Of a stretch of 64,000 nucleotides of DNA, positions 6,814 to 15,099 are shown in pieces. The translations under genes and the position numbers were made by a program. The notes under the pieces are model-generated. The model saw only the letters and a list, made by a program, of their open reading frames with translations, ran no database searches and was not told the DNA's origin. The DNA lies in IMG/VR virus record IMGVR_UViG_3300033145_001595, positions 1 through 64,000 of that record, one strand, 5' to 3'. This DNA comes from a virus. Position 1 is the stretch's first letter. The number at the start of each line of letters is the position of its first letter.

Positions 6814-8343
6814 TCAGGACAAATCAAACTCCGGCGTACCGTTACCCGCAACTTTCTTAGTTGTTGCAGATCGGGCATTGCCGTTTGCCCATTCCATCAA
6901 CTCACCAATTTTGGTACTCTGCGAGCGGGATATGGGCACCATCTGTTGCAATTCTTGTACAACCGATTCGGTTGTAACCGGCGCGTCATTTTCGTACTGT
7001 GTATACAGTGCGGCCTTGATCGCCGCTTCTATCTCTGCGCCCGTGTACCCATTCGATTGCTCTGCAAGTACTCCAGCGTCCACGTCCCCACACTGCGCAA
7101 ACTTTCCTGAAAGCACCTTAGCGATTTCCGCCCTTTCTGTAATATTTGGGAGATTAACAAAGAATACATCATCCCATCTTCCGGCCCTCATAAACTCCGG
7201 CGGCAACTTGCTCACGTCATTAGCCGTCGCTACCACAAAAACACTCGCTGTGCGCTCTTGCATCCAAGTGAGAAATGTAGCGAATACCCGTTGGCTAGTG
7301 CCCGCATCGCCCTCTGCGCCAAAACCCGATTTTTCGATTTCGTCAAGCCACAACACACAAGGTGCAATAGTTTCCGCTATTTGCAGCGCCGTCCGAACCG
7401 TTTGTTCTGACTCCCCTACCCATTTACTGAACAAGGCACCAATGTCAAGACGCACAAGAGGCACACCCCAAGATGCCGAAACACACTTAGCCGTCAAGCT
7501 CTTGCCACAACCGGGCACGCCCACCAGCAACACGCCCTTTGGTGCGGGCAATCCATACTCGCGGCCCGCTGGCGTAAATCCTGCATGTCGCTTTTTGAGC
7601 CACGACTTTAGCCCGTCAAGCCCACCAACATCGTTCATGCCATTTTTATTCACTTCCTGCCATTCAAGGCCCGTATCCCTAATCGCGTTTTTCTTTTCCT
7701 CTGCAATCAAGGTGGGCTCAAACCGCTTCAGCGATACAAGCGATTTTGCCAGACCGATAGCCACCTGATTACCCGTCAAACCCACTGCAGCGTCAATAAT
7801 TGCTTCTCTGTTTCCATTCTCAGCCGCTTCCTTTTTTGCACTTTCAGGTGCAATTTCTAGCAAGCGATCCAGAATCTCGGACAGTTCCCCGCGATCCGGC
7901 AATGGCCATGCGATTTGTGTGCAGGGCAGTCCCGACTCTGGCGGTGCGGTGTCGACTACCACTACCTGCAATGCGGACGGTCCTGGACGTGCCGGTATGT
8001 AACGGTTAAGGTCTTTTGTTTGTCTCAGAGTAATCGGATCGGAAAGCCACTGTGACAAATCCCGCATAATAAGCGCAATTCGCTGATCGGATGCAAGGCA
8101 AAACTTTATTGCTTCCGCTGGCGATTCGCTTTGGGGCTTAACAGATTTTCCGTCAATGTCGACAATGCCCCCGGTAACAGACCAAAGCCACACCTTATAG
8201 TTCAATTTAAGGCAAACGCTAGTGACTGCCCGTTCTACGCGCATTTCCTCAGTAGTAGTTGCCCAAATCAAACCCGCCTTTGAGCGCATAGCAATTTCCA
8301 AATCCTGAATTGCCCCGCGTTTCAGATCATCAACCGTTACCAT
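6814..8343 (-). CDS. Ycf46/SpoVK-type AAA+ ATPase
   Basis: DVGGLDGLKSWL, Walker A GVPGCGKS, SKWVGESE, Walker B WLDEIEK, VATAN...LPPEFMRAGRWD. Confidence 0.9.
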   Translation of the reverse strand: MVTVDDLKRGAIQDLEIAMRSKAGLIWATTTEEMRVERAVTSVCLKLNYKVWLWSVTGGIVDIDGKSVKPQSESPAEAIKFCLASDQRIALIMRDLSQWLSDPITLRQTKDLNRYIPARPGPSALQVVVVDTAPPESGLPCTQIAWPLPDRGELSEILDRLLEIAPESAKKEAAENGNREAIIDAAVGLTGNQVAIGLAKSLVSLKRFEPTLIAEEKKNAIRDTGLEWQEVNKNGMNDVGGLDGLKSWLKKRHAGFTPAGREYGLPAPKGVLLVGVPGCGKSLTAKCVSASWGVPLVRLDIGALFSKWVGESEQTVRTALQIAETIAPCVLWLDEIEKSGFGAEGDAGTSQRVFATFLTWMQERTASVFVVATANDVSKLPPEFMRAGRWDDVFFVNLPNITERAEIAKVLSGKFAQCGDVDAGVLAEQSNGYTGAEIEAAIKAALYTQYENDAPVTTESVVQELQQMVPISRSQSTKIGELMEWANGNARSATTKKVAGNGTPEFDLS

Positions 8344-8375
8344 TCTCCTACTCCCATCAGAGTACCCGCCTTGAC

Positions 8376-8414
8376 CATGCCCGTATTATACCATACTACA
8401 GGTCATTTGTCAAG
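8376..8414 (-). promoter_or_regulatory. early promoter repeat copy 9
   Basis: 39-bp core; supplies the stop of 8403-8648. Confidence 0.9.
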
Positions 8415-8648
8415 AAAAATATCCATAAGCTTTCTATTTTTATTCCGCACAATGAGTTTTGCACACGTCCGGCAGTAATGCCCGACAACACACTGTTTTG
8501 TTGACAAAGGGGCGTCATAAAGAACCCAAATACCCTTTAACACTTTTACGATATACTGTGGATAAACACCCCCCTGCATACGCCACCATGTACCACAACT
8601 ATCGCACCTAATAAAATCACATGCGTCTTTTCGTGCCACTTTTTCCAT
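8403..8648 (-). CDS. hypothetical Zn-finger-like protein
   Basis: CDSC and CRTC motifs; ends IFLDK* in the repeat. Confidence 0.6.
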   Translation of the reverse strand: MEKVARKDACDFIRCDSCGTWWRMQGGVYPQYIVKVLKGIWVLYDAPLSTKQCVVGHYCRTCAKLIVRNKNRKLMDIFLDK

Positions 8649-8686
8649 CTTTACTTGCTCCTGTAAAGCCCGCTGTCCCTTGCTTC

Positions 8687-8725
8687 CATGCCCGTATTAT
8701 ACCACAGCATAGACAACCTGTCAAG
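8687..8725 (-). promoter_or_regulatory. early promoter repeat copy 10 (divergent spacer)
   Basis: CTTGACAGGTTGTCTATGCTGTGGTATAATACGGGCATG. Confidence 0.8.
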
Positions 8726-8743
8726 CAAAAAACTTTTTACTCC

Positions 8744-9050
8744 AAAGATGGTAAAAATAGCTACTTACAATCTACCCCGTCCTGTGTGTATAATACTCTG
8801 AACACACAAGCACCAACCAGCCCCACATCTTACAAGGCAATTATGGTGCAACAAAGAAAATATAAGATACGCACCATAAATAGTAATTGTGGTGCAATAG
8901 TGTAGTTGCAGTGTAAATAGAAAATATTGCGCAACAAATAAGATACAGGATGTGCCTCCCAAATTTTTTCACACACACACGATGCCACACAAATGTAGAT
9001 GTAGAAGTAGACGAGCGCGATACCTCACAAATGTAGATGTAGAACCACAC
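8744..9050 (+). repeat. repeated ~300-bp non-coding element, copy B
   Basis: collinear with 16251-16515: gtgtataatactctgaacacacaa, gtgcaacaa, atacgcacc, aaatagtaattgt, tagttgca, GTAGAW tract. Confidence 0.8.
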
Positions 9051-9061
9051 ACCCAAATTAT

Positions 9062-9313
9062 TTACTCCACATCAGGTTGCATCAACTCAGGATGATCCAT
9101 TTCTATTTTACGAACATACCCCTTAACACCCATAGTACCATTTAGTATTGCATGTCTTGGAACTGCTTTACCAGTACACCACCTATGAACTGACGCCCAC
9201 GTAACACCTATCTCATTAGCAACATCCTCTTGTGTGTGACCTACTGCTTTCCTAGCCCTATCAAGCCTCTCAGGTGTAAACTCAAAATCATCAATATTCC
9301 TATCTACTCTCAT
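9062..9313 (-). CDS. XRE-family helix-turn-helix protein
   Basis: ARKAVGHTQEDVANEIGVTWASVHRWCTGK. Confidence 0.85.
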   Translation of the reverse strand: MRVDRNIDDFEFTPERLDRARKAVGHTQEDVANEIGVTWASVHRWCTGKAVPRHAILNGTMGVKGYVRKIEMDHPELMQPDVE

Positions 9314-9341
9314 AATTGTTCCTTCCTATACAAACCCTAAA

Positions 9342-9524
9342 CTACTTATCCACCTTTTGCCATATAACCCTACGCGACCCCAAACATTGCACTTGTTCAT
9401 ATCCTTCCTGCAACGCTGTTTGAAATGTCAAATGGTACCCAATAATAGTAAATACCAACACAAAAGCTAACGACATAATAAATGTAACAATAATTACCAA
9501 CCAAAACTTTTCTTCACTATTCAT
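9342..9524 (-). CDS. small membrane protein
   Basis: single hydrophobic N-terminal segment. Confidence 0.6.
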   Translation of the reverse strand: MNSEEKFWLVIIVTFIMSLAFVLVFTIIGYHLTFQTALQEGYEQVQCLGSRRVIWQKVDK

Positions 9525-9527
9525 TAC

Positions 9528-9788
9528 TTACCTCTTTAATGTTAACGGAGCACGCACGATTGGAAACAGCCACGCTTTCTCAGTCTGCCCACGTAACTCA
9601 AAGTCTTTGGCACAGTCCGCGCACAAGGACATTGCACCTTGTTCCCCATCATCTCCTGATTCTTTTTCCACTGCAATAAATACGGGAAGCTTACCACATT
9701 GCCTTGGCGGAGAAATCCCAAGAGTAAACGGACTACTACCAAACCATCGCTGACAATGTAATACGTTAGTAGGATCAAGCTTATCCAT
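9528..9788 (-). CDS. hypothetical protein
   Basis: AGGAG RBS; packed in operon. Confidence 0.6.
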   Translation of the reverse strand: MDKLDPTNVLHCQRWFGSSPFTLGISPPRQCGKLPVFIAVEKESGDDGEQGAMSLCADCAKDFELRGQTEKAWLFPIVRAPLTLKR

Positions 9789-9798
9789 TACTTATCTC

Positions 9799-10143
9799 CT
9801 AAATATAAAAAGAAACTACTTTACGAGAATGCACCCAAGGACGACGCCAAAAAAATGGTACAGGCACCGCAACCAATAACCTACACCATACTATACCCAT
9901 ACTCACCTGCCACATCGACCCGTAATCACAAATTGATAATACACACCATTCATGCACAATGGGATGAAAAGAAAAGAACAAACTACCTCGTACATTAAAC
10001 AAATTCAAATACCATACCCCTGTACCACCACGACCCCAATCAAAAAATAATGAAGTAGCCCGTGTACGTGTTCCTTCTACATCCAAACCTTTCGACACAA
10101 GAAGCTGCTCAAACTCTTTACGATCCATCATTAGTGTAGCCAT
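9799..10143 (-). CDS. hypothetical protein
   Basis: packed in operon. Confidence 0.55.
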   Translation of the reverse strand: MATLMMDRKEFEQLLVSKGLDVEGTRTRATSLFFDWGRGGTGVWYLNLFNVRGSLFFSFHPIVHEWCVLSICDYGSMWQVSMGIVWCRLLVAVPVPFFWRRPWVHSRKVVSFYI

Positions 10144-10451
10144 TACTTACCTCTTTCCCCCAACGACTCAGTTAATGCATCCATTGCACGCGCCACTAGA
10201 CCCACCACATGCCCCTTACGTATCCAACCCTTAACCTCGGCATAGGCAAGAGCCGTCTCTAACGGACCATCCTGACGTAACGATACCGAGTAATTGCCAA
10301 CTTCGAGACCTCCCGTTCCATCATTCACAATCTCAACAACAGCCAAATTCATACCAGGATTATCCTCTCCGGGTGAGTATAAATCAATCATCACTCGCAA
10401 CATCACCAGTCTCCTCTCCAAACCATTCACATAACCAATCACATAATCCAC
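10143..10451 (-). CDS. hypothetical protein (likely start MLRVMID)
   Basis: EIVNDGTG...GNY motif; GGAG RBS before the internal Met. Confidence 0.6.
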   Translation of the reverse strand: MDYVIGYVNGLERRLVMLRVMIDLYSPGEDNPGMNLAVVEIVNDGTGGLEVGNYSVSLRQDGPLETALAYAEVKGWIRKGHVVGLVARAMDALTESLGERGK

Positions 10452-10554
10452 AGATCGCTAGCATCACTATCGGAATCACAGGAAGCAATGCAGCTATTAG
10501 AATCTGCCCCGAAGTCAAATCCTCACCCTGCATCGCCAGTCTCCTTTTTATAAC

Positions 10555-11139
10555 TCATTTTTCTTTTCTACAGTATGGCACTACCCCATTCAAACCATAA
10601 ATATACTGTGCCCCATCTATATACAACTTAACGCACTTAGGGGCTGGTTGCCCAGGAACAAGGGGCTCTGTACTCGTAACAAAGCATGACTCAGATTCCA
10701 ATTTAGGCTCCGGAGCCAACGTATACCCACTAGTCATAACACAAGGCCACCACCGACCATGAGCATTATCATATTCAAATTTTTCCGTTGCCCCATTCCA
10801 CCGACAGGGCGCTTCCTCATACATCACATTACCCCCACCTTTAGCTACCAACACAGCCTCCCCCAACGTCATAATACCAACTCTTATATCACTCGGTACT
10901 GATTCCATATCAGGGGTAAGCAAATTCCAACAATACTCTTTACTATGTGTACCATCCCAAGAAGATTCTATTACCCACTTTGCTTCTACAACACCAGCAA
11001 CCAAAACTTCAAATATATCCTCTGTGTCCTTACACTTACGATGAATAGCAATAGTACTAGCATTATACGCATACGCCCCACCTGCCAAAGCTATCTTCAT
11101 TGTCTCACCATTCAACATTTTACTTACCCCCATAAACAA
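10555..11139 (-). CDS. hypothetical protein
   Basis: long ORF in the operon. Confidence 0.6.
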   Translation of the reverse strand: MFMGVSKMLNGETMKIALAGGAYAYNASTIAIHRKCKDTEDIFEVLVAGVVEAKWVIESSWDGTHSKEYCWNLLTPDMESVPSDIRVGIMTLGEAVLVAKGGGNVMYEEAPCRWNGATEKFEYDNAHGRWWPCVMTSGYTLAPEPKLESESCFVTSTEPLVPGQPAPKCVKLYIDGAQYIYGLNGVVPYCRKEK

Positions 11140-11341
11140 GAATAAGAGTAATAATCACCAGACCAAACCCAATGACTGCATGAAACGTAGCACGCGGAAT
11201 ATCATCCGCTATCAAACAACAACAGGCCACTACAATATTACCCAAAGCAACAGCCATACCAGTAAGCACTATTGGTAGTAATATGTTCATATTTTCTACC
11301 TTTCTTTTATGTAATTCGCTTATTGCATCTACGGGCCACAT
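11120..11341 (-). CDS. small membrane protein
   Basis: two hydrophobic segments. Confidence 0.5.
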   Translation of the reverse strand: MWPVDAISELHKRKVENMNILLPIVLTGMAVALGNIVVACCCLIADDIPRATFHAVIGFGLVIITLILVYGGK

Positions 11342-11726
11342 TACGTTGAGCTTCCTTCTTACGATTCCTATGCCTTCTTGTTGGTGGAGGCATTCTCTTT
11401 CTTTTCATTTTTCATTTCCCCCTCAAATATTAGGCCCACTATCCTCCCAAATCGCCACGCCGATCAACGTCGGTAAGGAAACAACGCGGCCAAGACGGCA
11501 TACGGACCCGCCCGTTCTCGTTCAGCGAATCCTCAACCTCCCGTATGGCCCACATTGCAGTTAACACCCCGGAAATATTCCGGTTGCCCACAGCTTCCAT
11601 CAAGGAACGGTGTGCCTCAACCAACTTACACAAAAGATGAATCGTCCTATCACTCATTTGTAATCCCTCCCAATTGAATATGAGCGCCCTACATTTCACG
11701 AGGCCCCCTTTGTCTGCGTGTGCGGC

Positions 11727-11830
11727 TTGGGATGGCCGGATTCGAACCGGCGATGCGTGTTGACGAAGCACGCTGATTTCGAGTCAACGTAGCTAGCGTG
11801 ATCCGGGTTTGTCCACTTCCCCACACCCCA
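11727..11830 (-). tRNA. atypical tRNA-Ser(CGA)-like gene with ~15-nt insertion
   Basis: acceptor TGGGGTG/CATCCCA; D-arm GGG-AAGTGGACAAA-CCC; anticodon arm GTTGA-CTCGAAA-TCAGC; long variable arm; T-arm GCCGG-TTCGAAT-CCGGC; no encoded CCA. Confidence 0.7.
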
Positions 11831-11933
11831 TGCCGCACGCTTCACAATGACGGGCACTCCTTGACGCTGTCCACCCTCTTCCCCTGAGTGGGTGCCGGCG
11901 CGACAGTCGCAGCGGGCCATTACCTTTCTCTAT

Positions 11934-11972
11934 CATGCCTGCATTATACCATACTACAGGTCATTTATCAAG
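11934..11972 (-). promoter_or_regulatory. early promoter repeat copy 11 (TTGATA variant)
   Basis: 39-bp core upstream of the tRNA-like gene. Confidence 0.85.
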
Positions 11973-11983
11973 GGAAATCCAGT

Positions 11984-12418
11984 CTACTTTCGCTTTCTGC
12001 GCCGTCTAACTATAGGCTGTACATCAACACTAACATTTTCTCTACGCCTGCGCCGTCTAATTATTGGCATAGCTATAGACTTCTCTGATTTCACTCTCTC
12101 CACTACATCGAGATCAAACGGCACAAATGAACTACCATCATTTATTGTTTTCTCATTCACCCATTGCTTGTACTCTACTAAAGTATTGAATCCCATAATC
12201 CTAACATAGATTAGAGCAAGGTCTTTATTTTTCATAAACCGTCTACTTCCAGGTTCACACCGAATATGCCTAACCTTACCCCCTGGGAGACGAGTACCTA
12301 CCAACTCAATGCAACCAGTAATGCGACTGATCCGTCTACCTACAGGCTTACCACACACGTAGCAAATCTGTTTTTCTTTCAAACTTTCGGCAATTTCCAA
12401 ATTAGTCATTTTCGCCAT
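11984..12418 (-). CDS. hypothetical basic protein
   Basis: CYVC...HIRC motif; Arg-rich C-terminus. Confidence 0.65.
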   Translation of the reverse strand: MAKMTNLEIAESLKEKQICYVCGKPVGRRISRITGCIELVGTRLPGGKVRHIRCEPGSRRFMKNKDLALIYVRIMGFNTLVEYKQWVNEKTINDGSSFVPFDLDVVERVKSEKSIAMPIIRRRRRRENVSVDVQPIVRRRRKRK

Positions 12419-12424
12419 TTATTT

Positions 12425-12616
12425 TTAATCCTTTACTTCCCATTGCCATTCACCCGTAGCATGGTCATATCCGGCAACACCTTGTTCTATGGCCTGTGTT
12501 TCCATATTTCTTTCCCCCCGATTTATACCCACAGCCGTGCCAATAAAAAAACCAACAACACCCATAATCACACCTATCACAATTATAGCACCCATATCCA
12601 TATCATCCATTATCAC
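12425..12616 (-). CDS. small membrane protein
   Basis: TM segment followed by AIEQGVA.Y...TGEW.W. Confidence 0.65.
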   Translation of the reverse strand: MIMDDMDMGAIIVIGVIMGVVGFFIGTAVGINRGERNMETQAIEQGVAGYDHATGEWQWEVKD

Positions 12617-12636
12617 TACTCCTTTTAGAATTTAGA

Positions 12637-13917
12637 TTACGTACCTTCCTGCCAACCTGCCATGTAATCCTTCTGCCGCGTAGTCAACTTATCAATGTCA
12701 ATACCCATTGTCCCTAACTTCAACTCAGCTACCAATTTGTCAATGTGGATAGGAACGGAATAGACACCTGCCTTGGGTTCAAATTCCGTTCCCAACTCCT
12801 TAGTATACACAGCGTACTCCGACGTTAACGCCTGCACAGCGAAACTCATATCCATTACAGACGATGGGTGCCCCTCGGCAGCGGCCAAGTTCACAAGCCG
12901 CCCCTCTGCAAGAAGATAAATTCTTGTACCATGACCTGTCTCATACTCTTCTACGTTCTCTGCCTTCACTTCAAAATCATTCGACATTTCTACAAGATCA
13001 TCAATATTTATTTCAACATTGAAATGACCAGAGTTTGCAACTATCGCACCATCTTTCATCCGAGAAAAATGCTCTCGCCTTATCACATCAGCATTACCCG
13101 TCACAGTCACAAAAAGATCACCGTCCGGGACTGCTTCTTCCATCGTAGTCACTCGGAAACCATCCATAACGGCCTCCAACGCCCGCAACGGATCAACTTC
13201 CGTTACAGTAACATGAGCACCCATACCCTTCATACGACTAGCAAGGCCACGCCCACACATGCCATAACCAGCCACCACAACGTTCATTCCGGCTATCAGC
13301 GCACCCGTGCAACGTATAATACCGTCGACAGTACTCTGTCCAGTACCATAGCGATTGTCAAACAGGTGCTTGGTCATTGCGTCATTGACAGCGAACACAG
13401 GAAACAGAAGCATACCTGCACTCTCCATAGCCCGCAAACGATTCACACCTGTAGTAGTCTCTTCCATACTAGCTATTACATCAGTAGCCAATTCTTTACG
13501 TTCGGACAGAATAGCCGTCACAAGATCAGCACCATCGTCTATTGTAATATTTGGCTTATTGTCCAGTACACTGGTAATATGATTGTAATAAGTTTCATTT
13601 GTCTCACCATGCCGTGCAAATACAGGTATACCCCAATAATCCACCAACGCCGCAGCCACATCATCCTGTGTACTAAGGGGATTTGACCCACACAGTACTA
13701 TGTCCGCACCGCCAGCCTTCAAAGCCCGTGCCAAATTTGCAGTCTCAGCAGTTATATGCAAACAAGCCGAAATCCGCAAACCGGCAAACGGCCTCTCTGT
13801 CTCAAAGCGATCACGCACCATAGCCAAAACCGGCATGGACTTATTTGCCCACTCGATTCTTCGCAAACCACCTTTAGCCAACGACATATCCTTTACATCG
13901 TACTTACTCTGTTCCAT
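12637..13917 (-). CDS. ahcY: adenosylhomocysteinase (SAH hydrolase)
   Basis: MPVL, ACLHITAET, SNPLSTQD, DDGAD, EETTTGV, TKHLFDNRYGTGQS, GYGMCG, NSGHFNVEI, EGRLVNLAAAEGHPS.VMDMSF. Confidence 0.97.
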   Translation of the reverse strand: MEQSKYDVKDMSLAKGGLRRIEWANKSMPVLAMVRDRFETERPFAGLRISACLHITAETANLARALKAGGADIVLCGSNPLSTQDDVAAALVDYWGIPVFARHGETNETYYNHITSVLDNKPNITIDDGADLVTAILSERKELATDVIASMEETTTGVNRLRAMESAGMLLFPVFAVNDAMTKHLFDNRYGTGQSTVDGIIRCTGALIAGMNVVVAGYGMCGRGLASRMKGMGAHVTVTEVDPLRALEAVMDGFRVTTMEEAVPDGDLFVTVTGNADVIRREHFSRMKDGAIVANSGHFNVEINIDDLVEMSNDFEVKAENVEEYETGHGTRIYLLAEGRLVNLAAAEGHPSSVMDMSFAVQALTSEYAVYTKELGTEFEPKAGVYSVPIHIDKLVAELKLGTMGIDIDKLTTRQKDYMAGWQEGT

Positions 13918-13918
13918 T

Positions 13919-14272
13919 TTAATTATACTTTCTATGTCGATTAGGAGAATTCAAAGCCCGACGCAACCTACGTCGGAAGTTTTTAAGAACACGAACAGCA
14001 TCAACATCAAAAGTCTGACCAGAATGAACATAAAAAATATCACTACAAGCATCAACAATTTCATTAAACATCTCACCCGATACACCACTACATCTACGCT
14101 TAAGTATACATTGGTGGCACCCATATTCATTACACAGCGGAAATGGCTCTTCCCCCAAAAACTCACTTTTGCGAATACTTTTTACTGTAAAAGCCTCAAG
14201 AAGCTTTTCAATATCACCCTTCTTAACCCTAATTCTATCCTCAATCTTTCTACCAAACATTCCAATCCACAT
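13919..14272 (-). CDS. hypothetical protein
   Basis: packed in operon; Cys cluster. Confidence 0.55.
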   Translation of the reverse strand: MWIGMFGRKIEDRIRVKKGDIEKLLEAFTVKSIRKSEFLGEEPFPLCNEYGCHQCILKRRCSGVSGEMFNEIVDACSDIFYVHSGQTFDVDAVRVLKNFRRRLRRALNSPNRHRKYN

Positions 14273-14274
14273 TT

Positions 14275-14517
14275 TTATTTCCTTTCCTTATTATGAATAA
14301 TACACACCTGTTCACCAATAGCATCCTGGACCAAACGCCCATGCTCCACAGACAATCCAAGCCCACCCCGACCCGTCCCCGTCAAGAATCCCCAACCACG
14401 TACATCAAATATCCGTGTCACACTTCCTTTGTGCATAATATAGATAAACCCACCCATCTTATCAAACTGCCATTCAACATTCATTACACAATTGAAAGCC
14501 TCAGTTTCCCCAATCAC
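14275..14517 (-). CDS. hypothetical phage protein (RGWG.LTG motif)
   Basis: DVRGWGFLTGTGRGGLGL. Confidence 0.6.
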   Translation of the reverse strand: MIGETEAFNCVMNVEWQFDKMGGFIYIMHKGSVTRIFDVRGWGFLTGTGRGGLGLSVEHGRLVQDAIGEQVCIIHNKERK

Positions 14518-14523
14518 AATTAT

Positions 14524-14754
14524 TTACTTTCCTTCCTTAGATTCAGGAGAAAACATACGCCCACAATCCCTACATCCACTCCAACCATCATTAGAGGACC
14601 AACGACGATTAGACGGATGAGAACACCTTTTCCTTCGCTCACACATAAGCGTTTCTATCAGACCCGTTTTATAGCACACAAGACATTGACCTTTTTGACG
14701 ACCACCAGCATACCACTCACGAATACGCGAATGATCGCATGTCTTTTGATTCAT
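14524..14754 (-). CDS. small Cys/His-rich protein
   Basis: two C.H...C..C units. Confidence 0.6.
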   Translation of the reverse strand: MNQKTCDHSRIREWYAGGRQKGQCLVCYKTGLIETLMCERRKRCSHPSNRRWSSNDGWSGCRDCGRMFSPESKEGK

Positions 14755-14767
14755 AATTATTTTACCC

Positions 14768-15040
14768 CTATGACTTTGGAACCAACTTCCTCAAACTCAA
14801 ACTTTCCAAAGTTCTTTCAAGGTGATTCCTAGCAGTATATGAATCAAATATTAAGTCTTGCTCCAACCTACCAGCCGCAAAACCATGCTTAATCCCAATA
14901 GACAAACTCATCCTAACTCTACGATCAATTTTAACGGCATCATCTACTACATCCTCCAACTCAGTAAGCAACTTACTAGCACGCCGATAAAATCTTTCCA
15001 CATCATTTTCTATGTAAGCCATTTTCCAATCTCCCATCAA
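14768..15040 (-). CDS. hypothetical protein
   Basis: first gene after promoter copy 12. Confidence 0.6.
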   Translation of the reverse strand: MMGDWKMAYIENDVERFYRRASKLLTELEDVVDDAVKIDRRVRMSLSIGIKHGFAAGRLEQDLIFDSYTARNHLERTLESLSLRKLVPKS

Positions 15041-15060
15041 GAGTAACCATCCCTTACCAT

Positions 15061-15099
15061 CATGCCTGCATTATACCATACTACAGGTCATTTGTCAAG
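15061..15099 (-). promoter_or_regulatory. early promoter repeat copy 12
   Basis: 39-bp core; the -35 TGA is the stop of 15095-15892. Confidence 0.9.

Noticed and set aside
11439-11920. ORFs 11696-11920 and the 5' part of 11439-11771 overlapping the tRNA-like gene
   Set aside because: The cloverleaf explains the sequence better; 11696-11920 has a plausible RBS and cannot be fully excluded
11840-11925. SAH riboswitch (CGCTGCGAC resembles part of the consensus, and ahcY is nearby)
   Set aside because: Other conserved elements were not found, and it lies downstream rather than upstream of ahcY; an Rfam scan would settle it
6878-13686. Long antisense ORFs (6878-7768, 12868-13686; also 5203-6021)
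   Set aside because: Shadows of well-supported minus-strand genes, with no motifs
421-15099. CRISPR array interpretation of the 39-bp repeats
   Set aside because: Spacing is irregular (about 0.3-3.2 kb), the intervals contain genes, the repeat is a consensus promoter, and no cas genes are present
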